Source: Mobula hypostoma
Lineage: Eukaryota
Assembly: GCF_963921235.1 (NCBI RefSeq)
Contig: NC_086097.1
Location: 191,024,001 to 191,088,000, forward strand
Reading direction: 5' to 3'
DNA: 64,000 nucleotides
Every line of letters starts with the position of its first letter. Position 1 is the first letter of the stretch. Under the pieces are notes generated by a model. That model did not search any database and was not told the origin of the DNA. It was given only the letters and a program-made list of their open reading frames with translations. Below are positions 52,260-64,000 of this stretch, in pieces. Made by a program: the position numbers and the translations under genes.

Positions 52260-55052
52260 TGTTGTGTATTTAGTATTTCAGTTATATTTGAGTAATATTG
52301 TACATAAATTGTTTAAGCATTCTTGTTCATTTAAATAATTAATTACCAGTTACATGTACGCATCACTCTATTACATGATACTTGCACACCTTGCTTAAGG
52401 TAAACTCAAAGTTAGACTGTATTTCAGAATCCAGTGACTTCCTTTGAATTAACTTAATCTTTAGAATTTACAAAATATAACATTGGCAAAGAGATATTTT
52501 TAAAAAAATCCAAGATAGCGACCGAGCAGTTAAAACGCAGCAAGATGTTTGGAAAAAAAAACTCAGCAAAAGCAACAGCAAGTTATAAAAAAAACACAGG
52601 CCAGCACAGGCGGACACAGTTGAGTTGAAAAGGAAAAGCAGCACAGCATGTGTTCTATGGAAGGGAAGACATGATTGAGTTTAAAAATGTAAGAAAATGG
52701 AAGAATTTACAGGTTCATTAACAGTGAGTACCAGGTGATAACAATCATTAAAAAAATCAGAAATAGCTGGAAAGATTGGAAAGATTGAGCTTGCTTACAC
52801 AACAGGTAACTGGATCATGAATACTGAGCATTTGGAACAGTATGTTGAAGCAAATGAAATAGGCAATGAGAAGTGAGTGCTAATTTTGCTGAGCTCATTG
52901 TGTTTAAAGGCATGGAGTTTCCTTCAAAATTTAACTGCTCCAACCAAAGGATCTGAAAAGAGCTTTATTGATATTGTGAAAGTGATACTGGAACATTTAG
53001 AATCGAAGCCATTGTTGATTGCAGAACACTTTAGGTTTCATAAGAGTCTATTTCAGTGTATGTGGTTGAATTGAAGAGATTGTCTGAGCATTGTCAGTAT
53101 GGTACTGGGATTAATGATGAAAGATCATTTAGCTTGAGGAATCTTAAAAGAGAGCATTCAAAAATGGCTCCTAATTGAAGCACAGCTCACATTTAAAAGA
53201 GCACTTGAAATTGTTGTTTCAATGGAAATTGCAGATAGAGGTGCAATTGAGTTGCAGTCAGGAATGAAAGTAAATGTGAACAAAATTGCAACATTTAAAC
53301 AAACTGGCCTGGCTGAACAAATTGTGTTTCTGTTGTGGCAGGGGCTCACATACATCAAACAAAATGTAGGTTTAAAGAAGAAACTTGCAGAAAATGCAGC
53401 AAAGTAGGAAGGAAAAAAGCTAAAAAGTCAAATTGCCGTTAAAAAAAGAGCACTAATCTGCATGCTGTTAATCAGAATTCTGATATTGATGAGAGAGACA
53501 CAGGACTGGAAACCCTTAAAGTTTACAATGTGAAAACTAACAGAGGTCAAGCAATATAGCGTACACCAGAAGTGAACAGCAAATTAATTTAAGTGGAATT
53601 GAACGCTAGTTCAACTGTTTCAGTCATTCCATAACATTAGTTTTAATGGCATTTCAAAGTTACTAAACTGAAGCCTGCAGATATTTAACTAATAACTTAT
53701 ATAGGAGAAAGGATAACTGTTGTGGGAAAGACATTCATAATTGTGAAATACAACAACATACAACCCCATATGTACTTGTACGTAGTAAAAACAGAAGGAC
53801 CAGCATAGTGGGGTTGAGATACAACTACAATTTGATTAGCGATCCATCCACTATTTGCATGAAAAATCCCCTACAATAAAGCCAACTGGGTGCGAATTAT
53901 GAAAGGTACCCGATGATTCCACAACTGCCTCCATGCCAAACACCATTACCTGTTGCCTGGCTGAGGATAAACAAGTGTTGGTGCCAACCTCGGCACCTCT
54001 GGTTGGAAAGCATTTTGGACCAAGGAAGGACAATGCTGCTCAGAGGGATTGTGAAAATGACGAAAGCAGTGGCCTGACAAAAACAGTTTTTGTAGGGAGC
54101 ATGTCTGAGAAAGCTTCTCATGTGTTAATCAAGCAAAATGTGGCTTGGTTTTAAGCTAGAAGAGACTTCAAGGAGCTTCAGGAAAATTGCAAGCCTTTGG
54201 CTTTTGTGAATATAAAGAACCAGAATGTACTCTGCGAGCATTAAGGTTATTGTATTAACTTCAAATGGGAGACAAAAAGCTGCTTGTAAAAGTTGATGCA
54301 AATACAAAAGCCCAGCTGGATGAATGCAAGACCAAAAAGAAAGAAGTTAATGGAGATATGAAAAGAGGATTCATCATATAATGTTGAGGATGAGGAAACC
54401 AAGAAGAGAGATCAGATTGTAAAGGGAGCAATAGAAAATAATAGAATACTCCAGTGAACAAAATGGACCTTCCCAAGATCAAGATACATAAACTAGAAGT
54501 AAAAGGAAGAAGAAATGTGGCTACCACTATCAGAACCACTTCCTGCAGTCTCAGAATCAACCCCTACAACCACCGTGGAGAAAGTCCCAGAACCCGAGGT
54601 TGCTTTCACAGCCCCATTTCTCACCTGCCAAGAAGAGTGATCACCCTTGTTAGGAAAGACGTTATCCAACAAGAGTAAGAAATCCTCTACAGTGATTCAA
54701 TCCTTAGGTCTGAATGGAACAGTTCAAAGTTTACTTTGCTGTGGAAGTCTATGTATTAGTTGTATTATATAATATACTGTGTATATGGTTGAGATGCATT
54801 CTGCATTGAGTTGGAGTTTATAACTAAGCAGGGAAGAGAGAATCTTGTATAAATATTGTTTGATTAAGCATGCTCATTAATTTCAATAATTCATTACGTG
54901 TTATATGTATAAATAAGTGAATTGCATATGTCATCACGCTGCCACATGATGCGTGTGTGTCTCACATAAGGTAAATTCAAAGTTAGACCTTCATTTCATA
55001 ATCTTGTGTCTTTCTTTGAATTAGTTTAATGTTTTGAAGTTACAAATCATAA
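52260..55052 (+). mobile_element. Degenerate, internally deleted Ty3/Gypsy element (Mag-like)
   Basis: 5' LTR TG...CA at 52260-52482 followed by PBS-like TGGCAAAGAG; gag remnant LEHLESKPLLIAEHFRFHK; protease remnant ELNASSTVSVIP; PPT-like AGCAGGGAAGAGAG; related 3' LTR ~54840-55052 sharing taaggtaaaytcaaagttagac. Confidence 0.75.
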
Positions 55053-55470
55053 TTTACAAGGCAAGTTTTTTTTTTCTGATGTACATAGAAAATGGTATGT
55101 CTATGAAGGCTCTCAGTCATCCAGGTCATTGTATATCAAGCAGTAGTAAATCAAGGCAACTGGTCTTGTTGTGCTGTCTGTGTTGCCATTCATCTGAGAG
55201 GCTTCTTCAGGTCTGATCCATGGTGGGTAGCTTTCAGGCTTACAAACTGAGTTGTTTCAATGTATAGCAATCACATGAGTGTCATTAAGAGTCATAGAGG
55301 TAATGAGAGGGTCATTAGTCGTATCGCTGCATGAATGAAGGTGTGAACTGTTGTGGAAACGCTGGGGTAAAGGTGTTAGGACTGCATTGTAAGTAGTCAA
55401 TAGGTGATATCAAACCCCAACCCCTCTGTTCAGGGCTGAGTTTTCTGGTTTGACAAAAATAGCTTCTTTA

Positions 55471-57790
55471 GAAGCTATTACTAGATCTAGTACTAGGTAA
55501 TGAACTGGGTCAGGTCACAGATCTCTCAGTGGGTGAGCATCTGGGGGACAGTGACCACCGCTCCCCGGCCTTTAGCATTATCATGGAAAAGGATAGAGTC
55601 AGAGAGAACAGGAACATATTTAATTGGGGAAGGGAAAATTATGAGGCTACAAGGCTAGAACTTGCGGGTGTGAATTGAGATGATGTTTTTGCAGGGAAAT
55701 GTACTATGGACATGTGGTTGATGTTTAAAGATCTCTTGCAGGATGTTAGGGATAAATTTGTCCCGGTGAGGAAGATAAAGATTGGTAGGGTGAAGGAACC
55801 ATGGGTGACAAGTGAGGCGGAAAAGCTAGTCAGGTGGAAGAAGGCAGCCTACATGAGGTTTAGGAAGCAGGGATCAGATGGGTCTATTGAGGAATATAGG
55901 GAAGCAAGAAAGGAGCTTAAGAAGGGGCTGAGAAGAGCAAGAAGGGGGCATGAGAAGGCCTTGGTGAGTAGGGGAAAGGAAAACCCCAAGGCATTCTTCA
56001 ATTATGTGAAGAAAAAAAGGATGACAGGAGTGAAGGTAGGACCGATTAGAGATAGAGGTGGGAAGATGTGCCTGGAGGCTGTGGAAGTGAGCGAGGTCCT
56101 CAATGAATACTTCTCTTCGGTATTCACCAATGACAGGGAACTTGATGATGGTGAGGACAATATCAGTGTGGTTGATGTTCTGGAGCATGTTGATATTAAG
56201 GGAGAGGAGGTGTTGGAGTTGTTAAAATACATTAGGGTGGATAAGTCCCCGGGGCCTGATGGAATATTCCCCAGGCTGCTCCACAAGGCAAGGGAAGAGA
56301 TTGCTTAGCCTCTGGCTAGGATCTTTATGTCCTTATTGTCCACGGGAATGGTACCAGAGGATTGGAGGGAGGCGAATGTTATTCACTTGTTCAAAAAAAG
56401 TAGTAGGGATAGCCCAGGTAATTATAGACCAGTGAGCCTTACGTCTGTGGTGGGAAAGCTGTTGGAAAAGATTCTTAGAGATAGGATCTCTGGGTATTTA
56501 GAGAATCATGGTCTGATCAGCGACAGTCAGCATGGCTTTGTGAAGGGCAGATCATGTCTAACAAGCCTGATAGAGTTCTTTGAGGAGGTGACCAGGCATA
56601 TAGCTGAGGGTAGTGCAGTGGATGTGATCTATATGGATTTTAGTAAGGCATTTGACAAGGTTCCACATGGTAGGCTTATTCAGAAAGTCAGAAGGCTTGG
56701 GATCCAGGGAAGTTTGGCCAGGTGAATTCAGAATTGGCTTGCCTGCAGAAGGCAGAATGTCGTAGTGGAGGGAGTATATTCAGATTTGAGGATTATGACT
56801 AGTGGTGTCCCACAAGGATCTGTTCTGGGACCTCTTCTTTTCATGATTTTTATTAACGACCTGGATGGGGGTAGAAGGGTGGGTTGGCAAGTTTGCAGAT
56901 GACACAAAGGTTGATGGTGTTGTAGATAGTGTAGAGGATTGTCAAAGATTGCAGAGAGACATTGATAGGATGCAGAAGTGGGCTGAGAAGTGGCAGATGG
57001 AGTTCAACCCAGAGAAGTGTGAGATGATACACTTTGGAAGGGCAAACTCCAAGGCAGAGTAAAAAGTAAATGGCAGGATACTTGGTAGTGTGGAGGAGCA
57101 GAGGGATCTTGGGGTACATGTCCACAGATCCCTGAAAGTTGCCTCACAGGTGGATAGAGTAGTTAAGAAAGCTTATGGGGTGTTAGCTTTCATAAGTCGA
57201 GGGATGGAGTTTAAGAGTCTCAATGAAATGATGCAGCTCTATAAAACTCTGATTAGGCCACACTTGGAGTACTGTGACCAGTTCTGGTCACCTCACTATA
57301 GGAAGGATGTAGAAGCATTGGAAAGGGTACAGTGGAGATTTACTAGAATGCTGCCTGGTTTAGAGAGCATTTATTTATGATCAGAGATTAATGGAGCTAG
57401 GGCTTTACTCTTTGGAGAGAAGGAGGATGAGAGGAGACATGATAGAGGTGTACAAGATAATAAGAGGAATAGATAGAGTGGATAGCCAGCGTCTCTTCCC
57501 CAGGGCACCACTGCTCAATACAAGAGGACATGGCTTTAAGGTAAGGGGTGGGAAGATTAAGGGGGATATTAAAGGAAGGTTTTTTACTCAGAGAGTGGTT
57601 AGTGCGTGGAATGCACTGCCTGAGTCCGTGGTGGAGGCAGATACACTACTGAAGTTTAAGAGACTACTAGACAGGTATATGGAGGAATTTAGGGTGGGAG
57701 CTTATATGGGAGGCAGGGTTTGAGGGTAAGCGCAACATTGCGGGCCGAAGGGCCTGTACTGTGCTGTACTATTGTATGTTCTATGTTCTA
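55471..57790 (+). mobile_element. 5'-truncated CR1 LINE inserted in the inverted arm of the PLE
   Basis: ORFs 55706-56308, 56327-56725, 56865-57723; (TTCTATG)n tail. Confidence 0.95.
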
Positions 57791-59482
57791 TTAACCCTTC
57801 TTTCAAACCACCTGTCCTCCCTGTGCAAAATGTGCACATTATTATCAAAGTCATTGATCTGGCCTTACATCATTGCCTCTCTCTGTTTAGAAACCATCCC
57901 ATCTTTATCCAGACTCCCTAAGATCCACAAGCAAAGAGTCCTCCTCAGGCCAGTTGTGAGCAGCATTAACTCAGTTACCTACAACATTGCAAAATACCTT
58001 TACACAAATCTCACCCGTTTGGTCGGCAACACCACAAACCACATCCAAAATACCAAAGACTTTGTTGAGAACGTTCGGCATCTGAAGCTGAATACAGAAG
58101 AGACTATGTTGTCAAATAATATTAAGTCTTTATTTACATCTGAGCCCACTTCAGAAGCTATCAAGACAGTAAGGAACGGCTACGTCAGGATAGTACCCTG
58201 AAGAATAGAACCACACTCAACTCAAATTAGGTATGTACTCTACTCAACCTTCATCTCAACACTACCTTTTTCAAATACTGAGATGTCTTTTGCGGGCAGA
58301 ATTATGATTGAGTGATGGGTTCAACAGTGCCTCCTATTGTAGCCAACTTATACATGAAAGAAGTAGAAAAGACAGCCTTGAATATCTTCCATGGAACATC
58401 ACCCAGTCAATGGTTCAGGTATGTGGGTGACACCTGGGACAAGATCAAAATCCATGAGGTGCAAGCTGTCACAAAGTACATCAACTCAGTGGATAATAAC
58501 ATTAAATTTACCCTAGAAGATGTTGAGAACAATAGACTGGACTTTTTAGATTGTGCTATACTTATCAAAAAAAAAAATGGACAGCTCGATATCAAAGTTT
58601 ACAGGAAACTAACCCACACAGATCAGTGTCTATGGTTTGACTCTCATCACCCATTAGAACTTAATTTGGGGGTTATCAGAACACTACATCACCATGTTGA
58701 GAATGTGCACGTCAACATTACAGCTAAAGACAAGGAGCTCAAGTACTTGAAAGAAGCCTTGAAAGCTTACGGCTACCTTGAATGGGCCTTCATCAAGACA
58801 GCAACAAAAAACAGTAAGGACATCAGCACAACAGACAGAGGTAAGGAGCAAAGCAGACAGAAAAACGTGGTCATCCCATATGTAGCTGGAATTTCAGAGA
58901 AGCTCAGAAGGATTTTCAACAAACATCAAATCCTTGTGTTTTTCAAACCTACAAATACACTCAGAAAGAAACTTGTCTACCCCAAGGATCCCACACCCAA
59001 ACATAAACAGAGCAATATTGTAAATGCTATCCAATCCAATGAGAACTGCACAGATGTGTATATCAGTGAGACAAAACAACTACTTCACAAACAGATGGCT
59101 CAACAGAGGAGGGCCAACTCCTCAGGTCAAGACTTAGCTGTATATCTATACCTTAAGGACAAGGGACGCTCTTTTGATGATAACAATATGCACATTTTGC
59201 ACAGGGAGGACAGGTGGTTTGAAAGAGGAGCCATCTTTGTCAAACTGGAAAACCCAGCCCTGAACAGAGGGGGTGGGGTGTGATATCACCTATTGGCTAC
59301 TTACAATGCTGTCCTAACATCTTTACCCCAGCATCTTCACAACAATTCACATCTCCATTCATGCAAAGGTAAGACTAATGACCCAATCATTACTATACAA
59401 CTCTTAAACAACTCTCATGTGATTGTTATACCTTTAAACAACTCACAGAGTTTATAAACCAGAAAACTACCCACCCTGGATC

Positions 59483-59524
59483 AGAACTGAAGAAGCTTCT
59501 TGGATGAGTGGCAAAATGTCCTCT
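59483..59524 (+). ncRNA. Decayed hammerhead ribozyme motif of the second PLE family
   Basis: AGAA-CUGAAGA-A-GCUUCUU(GGAU)GAGUGGC-AAAA-UG-UC-CUCU; GAAA box reads AAAA. Confidence 0.5.
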
Positions 59525-61499
59525 AGACAACACAGCAAGTCCAGTTGCTTTGATTTACTACTGCCAAATATAGAAAGTAGAAGATACTAGCACGGGAATA
59601 GTGGATCCAGGTCCAATTCCAACATTTAAGAGACTTTTAAAGAAGCATGTGATCAGGCTGTTAATAGAGGGATATAGACCAAGATGAATTTAAATCATCA
59701 TTATGGTCAACAGAGACATCATAGGCCAAAGGGCTTATTCCTGCTCAAGGTGGAAAACAAGAAAATTGGTAAATAACCTTCAGGACTCAAAACTAAATTC
59801 AATAATTTCACATGAGAACTAGCTTTTTTGATGAAAGATTAACTTCATTTTCATGTCTCTACAGCCTTTTCAATTGTGTTAAAATTTCCATTAATTGCTA
59901 CATCTTGGATTTCATAACTCCAGTTCTCCAACTCCTCCCCCCCCCCCACCCCATTCATCTCCTTCTATTTCTATCTCCTCCAATTGTGATCACCAGCAAC
60001 ACTAACACCAAGCACGTTGTTCAGTCTCTCGGCACCCTTTTACAAACTTTCCCTTTGTTCTCTTCACCTTCTCTCCAATTTAAAACAGCCTTAATTTTCC
60101 TAGTACTAATAAAAAGATATTAACTTAAACATCCGCCATTTCTTTATACCCAGATGATAACTGACTTTCTGTATATTTTCATTACTTCCTGTTTTAATTT
60201 AAAATGAACAGAAACTGCAGCTTTCTGCTTTTCAATAAATTAACTCCCATGCACAAGGCACTGCATACATTTTTAATAAATAATATAATGAGAGTTTGTA
60301 TAACATCATCTATATCTTAAAAGCATTTTGCAGATTACAAACTGTTTTTTTTGAGCCAAACAATGCAGGAAGCGATTTGCACAGAGTAAGCATGCACAAA
60401 CAGGAAAATGATATGGACCACTATGTTGATAGGGGTATAAATCCAACACAGGACACCAGCAGTAACTCACTTGTTCATTTATGAAATATTGTAGGGTTGT
60501 TTCTTCCCACTTAAGATTGAAGACAGGGCCATCATAATGCTAACTATTCTGAAACACAGCCCTCCTTCAGCCGTGCTCTGGAACATCAGTCCAGGTGTTT
60601 GTGCTCAAATTTCTGAAGGAGTGTGAATGCAGTAACCTTTGAGGCTTTTACAACAGTGTAGGCTAGTAAGCTAAAGATTATGTACTGAAAACTGGGAAAT
60701 GGGCACAGTCGAAAATAGAGAAGAAAGATGGCCAAAGGGCAGTTCAGCTGCAGTAACTTCGGGAAGATTGCCCTATAGCCTTTTGATCTGATCACAGCAG
60801 TCACGTTGTAGAGAGCTGCGGAGATTTGAAACAAACTATCTGGATAAACAAACTCTTAAGGTAGGACCTTTCAGATCTCAGAAATACATTCTTGGCCAGT
60901 ATTTTTTGTTTGCTGCCTAAAATCACATTGGGGACTTTACCAGCTCAAGCTTCTAATTAGGCAGCAGTTCTTCAATTTACAGCTATTCTTCTATTCAAAT
61001 TAAATTGACAATATTAAATCCTTAAGAAGCTGATAGAACTTAATAAGGTAAGGCAAAAAAATGTGAGAAAGAGGCAGTGATCCAATTAGTGCAAAGGTTC
61101 ATGGATTCAGTAATTCAATTACTTGCAAAGAAATACTTCTCCAATGGCTATGTGATAGTGTCCAATGGAATTTTATTAATAGTTTGAAAGATGGAGAGGA
61201 CTTAAACAGTTCTGCAGTTTGAATCTAATTGTGTCATAAGCCTCCAATTTACATTTGTTTCTCATACTTTTGGCTGCCTCTTGTGCGAGTCTTGAGCAAC
61301 TGAACTAAACTGTGAGGTGAAAAAAACAGTTTAGTAGGCCTGCAGAAGGAACAGAGTGGTGAGTATTTGACAGCAGTTTTAAATGTCATTTGGCAGGCAG
61401 TGAAAAACATCACCCTTTTTGATTTCTTTCTCCTTAAAATAGAAATACTTTTGTTATATTTATCTTAAAAAATTCTCTCACCCTAAATATAGGGTTCTC

Positions 61500-62398
61500 T
61501 CACTCATAGGTGGCTTCGGCTAGGAAGAGGCGTTGGCTCTGTGTAAAGTGTCTGTTAAGATTTCCTTTTTGGTTTTTTTTCCCTCTCTTACTGTACTATT
61601 TAAATAGCTGTGGTGTGCTCTTCGTGCCGGATGCTGGAGTCTTGGGAGACCCAGAGTCTCCCGGGGAACTACATCTGCATGAAGTGCTTCCGGCTGCACC
61701 TCCTTGAAGACCGTGTTGGGGATCTGGAGCAGCAACTGGATGACCTTCAGCTTGTACGGGAGAGGAGAATATGATTGATCAAAATTACAGGGAAGTAGTC
61801 ACCCCAAAGTTGTAGAAGGTGAGTAGCTGGGTGACTGTCAGGAGAAATGGAAATAGGCAGTTAGAGCAGAGCACCCCTGTGGCTTTTCCCCTCAAAAACA
61901 AGCATAGCGCTTTGGATACTTTTGCAGGTGATGATCTCCTGCGAGAATGCCATGGTGACCAGGTTACAGGCACTGATCAAGGGTCCATGGTGCAGAAGGG
62001 AAAGAGAGAAGGTAGTGGTGGTGATAGGGGACTGTTCCCCTAGAGGAACAGGACACCCGGATGGTATGTTCCTCCCAGATGCCAGAGTTGGGGATGTCTC
62101 AGATCACGTCCACAACATTTTGGAGAGGGATGGGGAGCAGCCAGATGTCTTGGTACATATTGGTACCAATGACATAGGAATGAAGAGCAATGAGGTCCTG
62201 AAAAGAGAATTTATAGGGCTAAGTAGAAAGCTGAGAAGGAGGACCTCCCGGGTACTAATTTCTGGATTGCTGCCTTTGCCACGTGCCAGTAAGGGTAGAA
62301 ACAGAATGAGTTGGCAGAAAAACACATGGCTGAGAAGCTGGTGCAGGGGGCAGGGCTTCAGGTTCTTGAACAACTGGGATATCTTCTGGGGGAGGTAT
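61500..62398 (+). mobile_element. CR1 5' region: ORF1 zinc finger / leucine zipper and esterase, interrupted by Gypsy
   Basis: VVCSSCRM...YICMKCFRLHLLEDRVGDLEQQLDDL; VVVIGD, VHIGTND, FRFLNNWD. Confidence 0.85.
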
Positions 62399-64000
62399 TG
62401 AAGCACCTCAATAACTCCAAAAGACTGAAGTTGGGTAAAATACTAAAAGGCTTTTATTCGCTGTACAATACGACCTCCATGGTGAGTGTCTGCCCCCGGA
62501 CTGAGAGGGAGGGGCAAGGCGGAATCACCTTTATTCAGGAATCTGTGGGAGGAGCCACAGGGGCAGTCAGCAGAAGGGCATTTCCATACAGTTAACCCAG
62601 TTACTATATATATATATAGTTTACCACATTCACCCCTCCTTTTTTTAAAAAGAGTCCCGCGGGGTGAAGTGACTGACAATATTTAAAACAAGTATACTTA
62701 CAGGTCAGTCTATCAGGCGGTCGAGTCCGTCGCTGTGATCTACGTAGCACCGGCGGTGATTGCATCAGTGATGGCGGTTGTGCTGGCTCCGGCCTGACTT
62801 CAGGTGCCAGCACGTTAGGCGTTGTTAATCCCTCGTGCGTGTGCGTTGCGCCCGGTATGGGAGTGTCGTGTGGTGTCTGTGTAGGGCTTGGAGTGCGCGG
62901 TGTCTCGTGGGTATATATATCGGTGGATATGGGGTTAATAGTCACCACAGAGTGTTCAGGGTAGGGGCCTGGTGCTCCTGCAGGCGCCAGGTCGCGGATG
63001 GAGACTGTGTCCTCCCGCCCATCAGGTAAAACCACATAGGCATACTGGGGGTTCGCATGAAGTTAGTGAAACCTCTCGACCATCGGGGAGTATTTATTGC
63101 TCCTCGCAAGTTTCCGGAGCAGCACTGGCCCCGGGGACATCAGCCAAGTTGGTAGGGTAGTCCCAGTGGTCGACTTTCTGGGAAAAGAAAAGAGCCGCTC
63201 ATGAGGGGTGGCATTGGTGGCTGTGCATAACAGGGAGCGGATGGAGTGGAGTGCCTCAGGAAGGACCTCCTGCCAGCGGGAGACCAGCAGTTCCTTTGAT
63301 CTGAGGGCTAAGAGTGTGGCTTTCCACACCGTGCCATTCTCCTTCTCTACCTGTCCATTCTCCGGGGGATTATAGCTCGTGGTCCTACTAGTTGCAATAC
63401 CCCTAGCCAGTAGGTATTGGCGCAGCTTGTCACTCATAAACGAGGACCCTCTGTCACTGTGGATATAACATGGGTATCCAAACAGAGTGAAGAGCTTGTG
63501 CAGGGCTTTTATAACTGACGTGGTAGTGGTGTCGGGGCAGGGGATGGCGAAGGGGAACCGCAAGTACTCGTCGATAACGTTAAGAAAGTACACATTGCGG
63601 TCAGTGGAGGGAAGGGGGCCCTTAAGGTCAACACTCAGTCGCTCAAAGGGGCGGGTGGCCTTGATGAGTGGTGCCTTTTCGGGTCGGTAGAAGTGTGGTT
63701 TGCACTCTGCGCAGACTTGGCAGTCCCTGGTCATCATCCTGATCTCCTCAAGGGAGTAAGGCAGGTTCCGTGCTTTTACGAAGTGGAAAAGCCAGGTGAC
63801 CCCCGGGTGGCAAAGATCTACATGTAGGGCATATAGCCGGTCGATCTGCGTGCTGGCGCACGTTCCCCGGGATAGGGCATCGGAGGGCTCGTTGAGCTTC
63901 CCAGGCCTGTACATGATGTCATAGTTGTAGGTGGAGAGTTCAATTCTCCACCTCAGAATTTTATCATTTTTTATTTTGCCCCGCTGTTGTTTATTAAACA
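62399..64000 (-). mobile_element. Ty3/Gypsy LTR retrotransposon, 3' part (runs off the window)
   Basis: 3' LTR 62399-62628 (TG...CA on minus strand) preceded by PPT AAAAAAAGGAGGGGTGAA; RNase H end followed by integrase. Confidence 0.95.
63063..63998 (-). pseudogene. pol: Gypsy pol: RNase H C-terminus and integrase; in-frame TAA at 63063-63065, frame continues into ORF 62604-63035
   Basis: ILRWRIELSTYNYDIMYRPGKLNEPSDALSR; HHCC (HVDLCH...CQVC); DDE residues in SVDLKG, HSDRG and QVEKEN. Confidence 0.9.

Larger units (their letters stand above)
55097..59570 (+). mobile_element. Poseidon/Penelope-type PLE with inverted 5' segment (55097-55470 and 57791-57850, minus), RT and GIY-YIG remnants and 3' pLTR
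   Basis: LPKIHK...LRPVVS, MGSTVPPIVANLYM, WFRYVGDT, LDFLD, LVYPKD...VYISETKQ; upstream segments are the reverse complement of ~59170-59570. Confidence 0.85.
51640..59745 (+). mobile_element. Old CR1 3' fragment split into three pieces (51640-52259, ~55053-55096, ~59575-59745) by nested insertions
   Basis: Pieces continue the CR1 ORF2 and 3' UTR order across the Gypsy and PLE insertions. Confidence 0.6.

Overview
Eukaryotic vertebrate DNA, by inference a cartilaginous fish (shark/ray type repeat content), and apparently intronic or intergenic. No host protein-coding gene, rRNA, true tRNA or CRISPR array can be supported; essentially all long ORFs are broken transposon ORFs. The window is a nested mosaic of many CR1 LINEs, Rex1/Babar LINEs, two RTE LINEs (one near-complete and BovB-like), two Penelope-like element (PLE) families (Neptune-type and Poseidon-type), two Ty3/Gypsy families (one with a solo LTR), three SINE types and two DNA-transposon MITEs. 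The most notable structures are built on minimal hammerhead-ribozyme motifs in the PLE pseudo-LTRs: (1) intact-looking copies, (2) a head-to-head palindromic insertion with its own target-site duplication, and (3) an exact 41-bp-period array made of the cleavage-site half of the ribozyme, in which the catalytic CUGANGA box is replaced by CUAUAGA. A candidate Pbx-Hox/Meis/Oct enhancer lies in the main repeat-poor island. Boundaries of degenerate elements are approximate, and family names were assigned by eye, not by database search.
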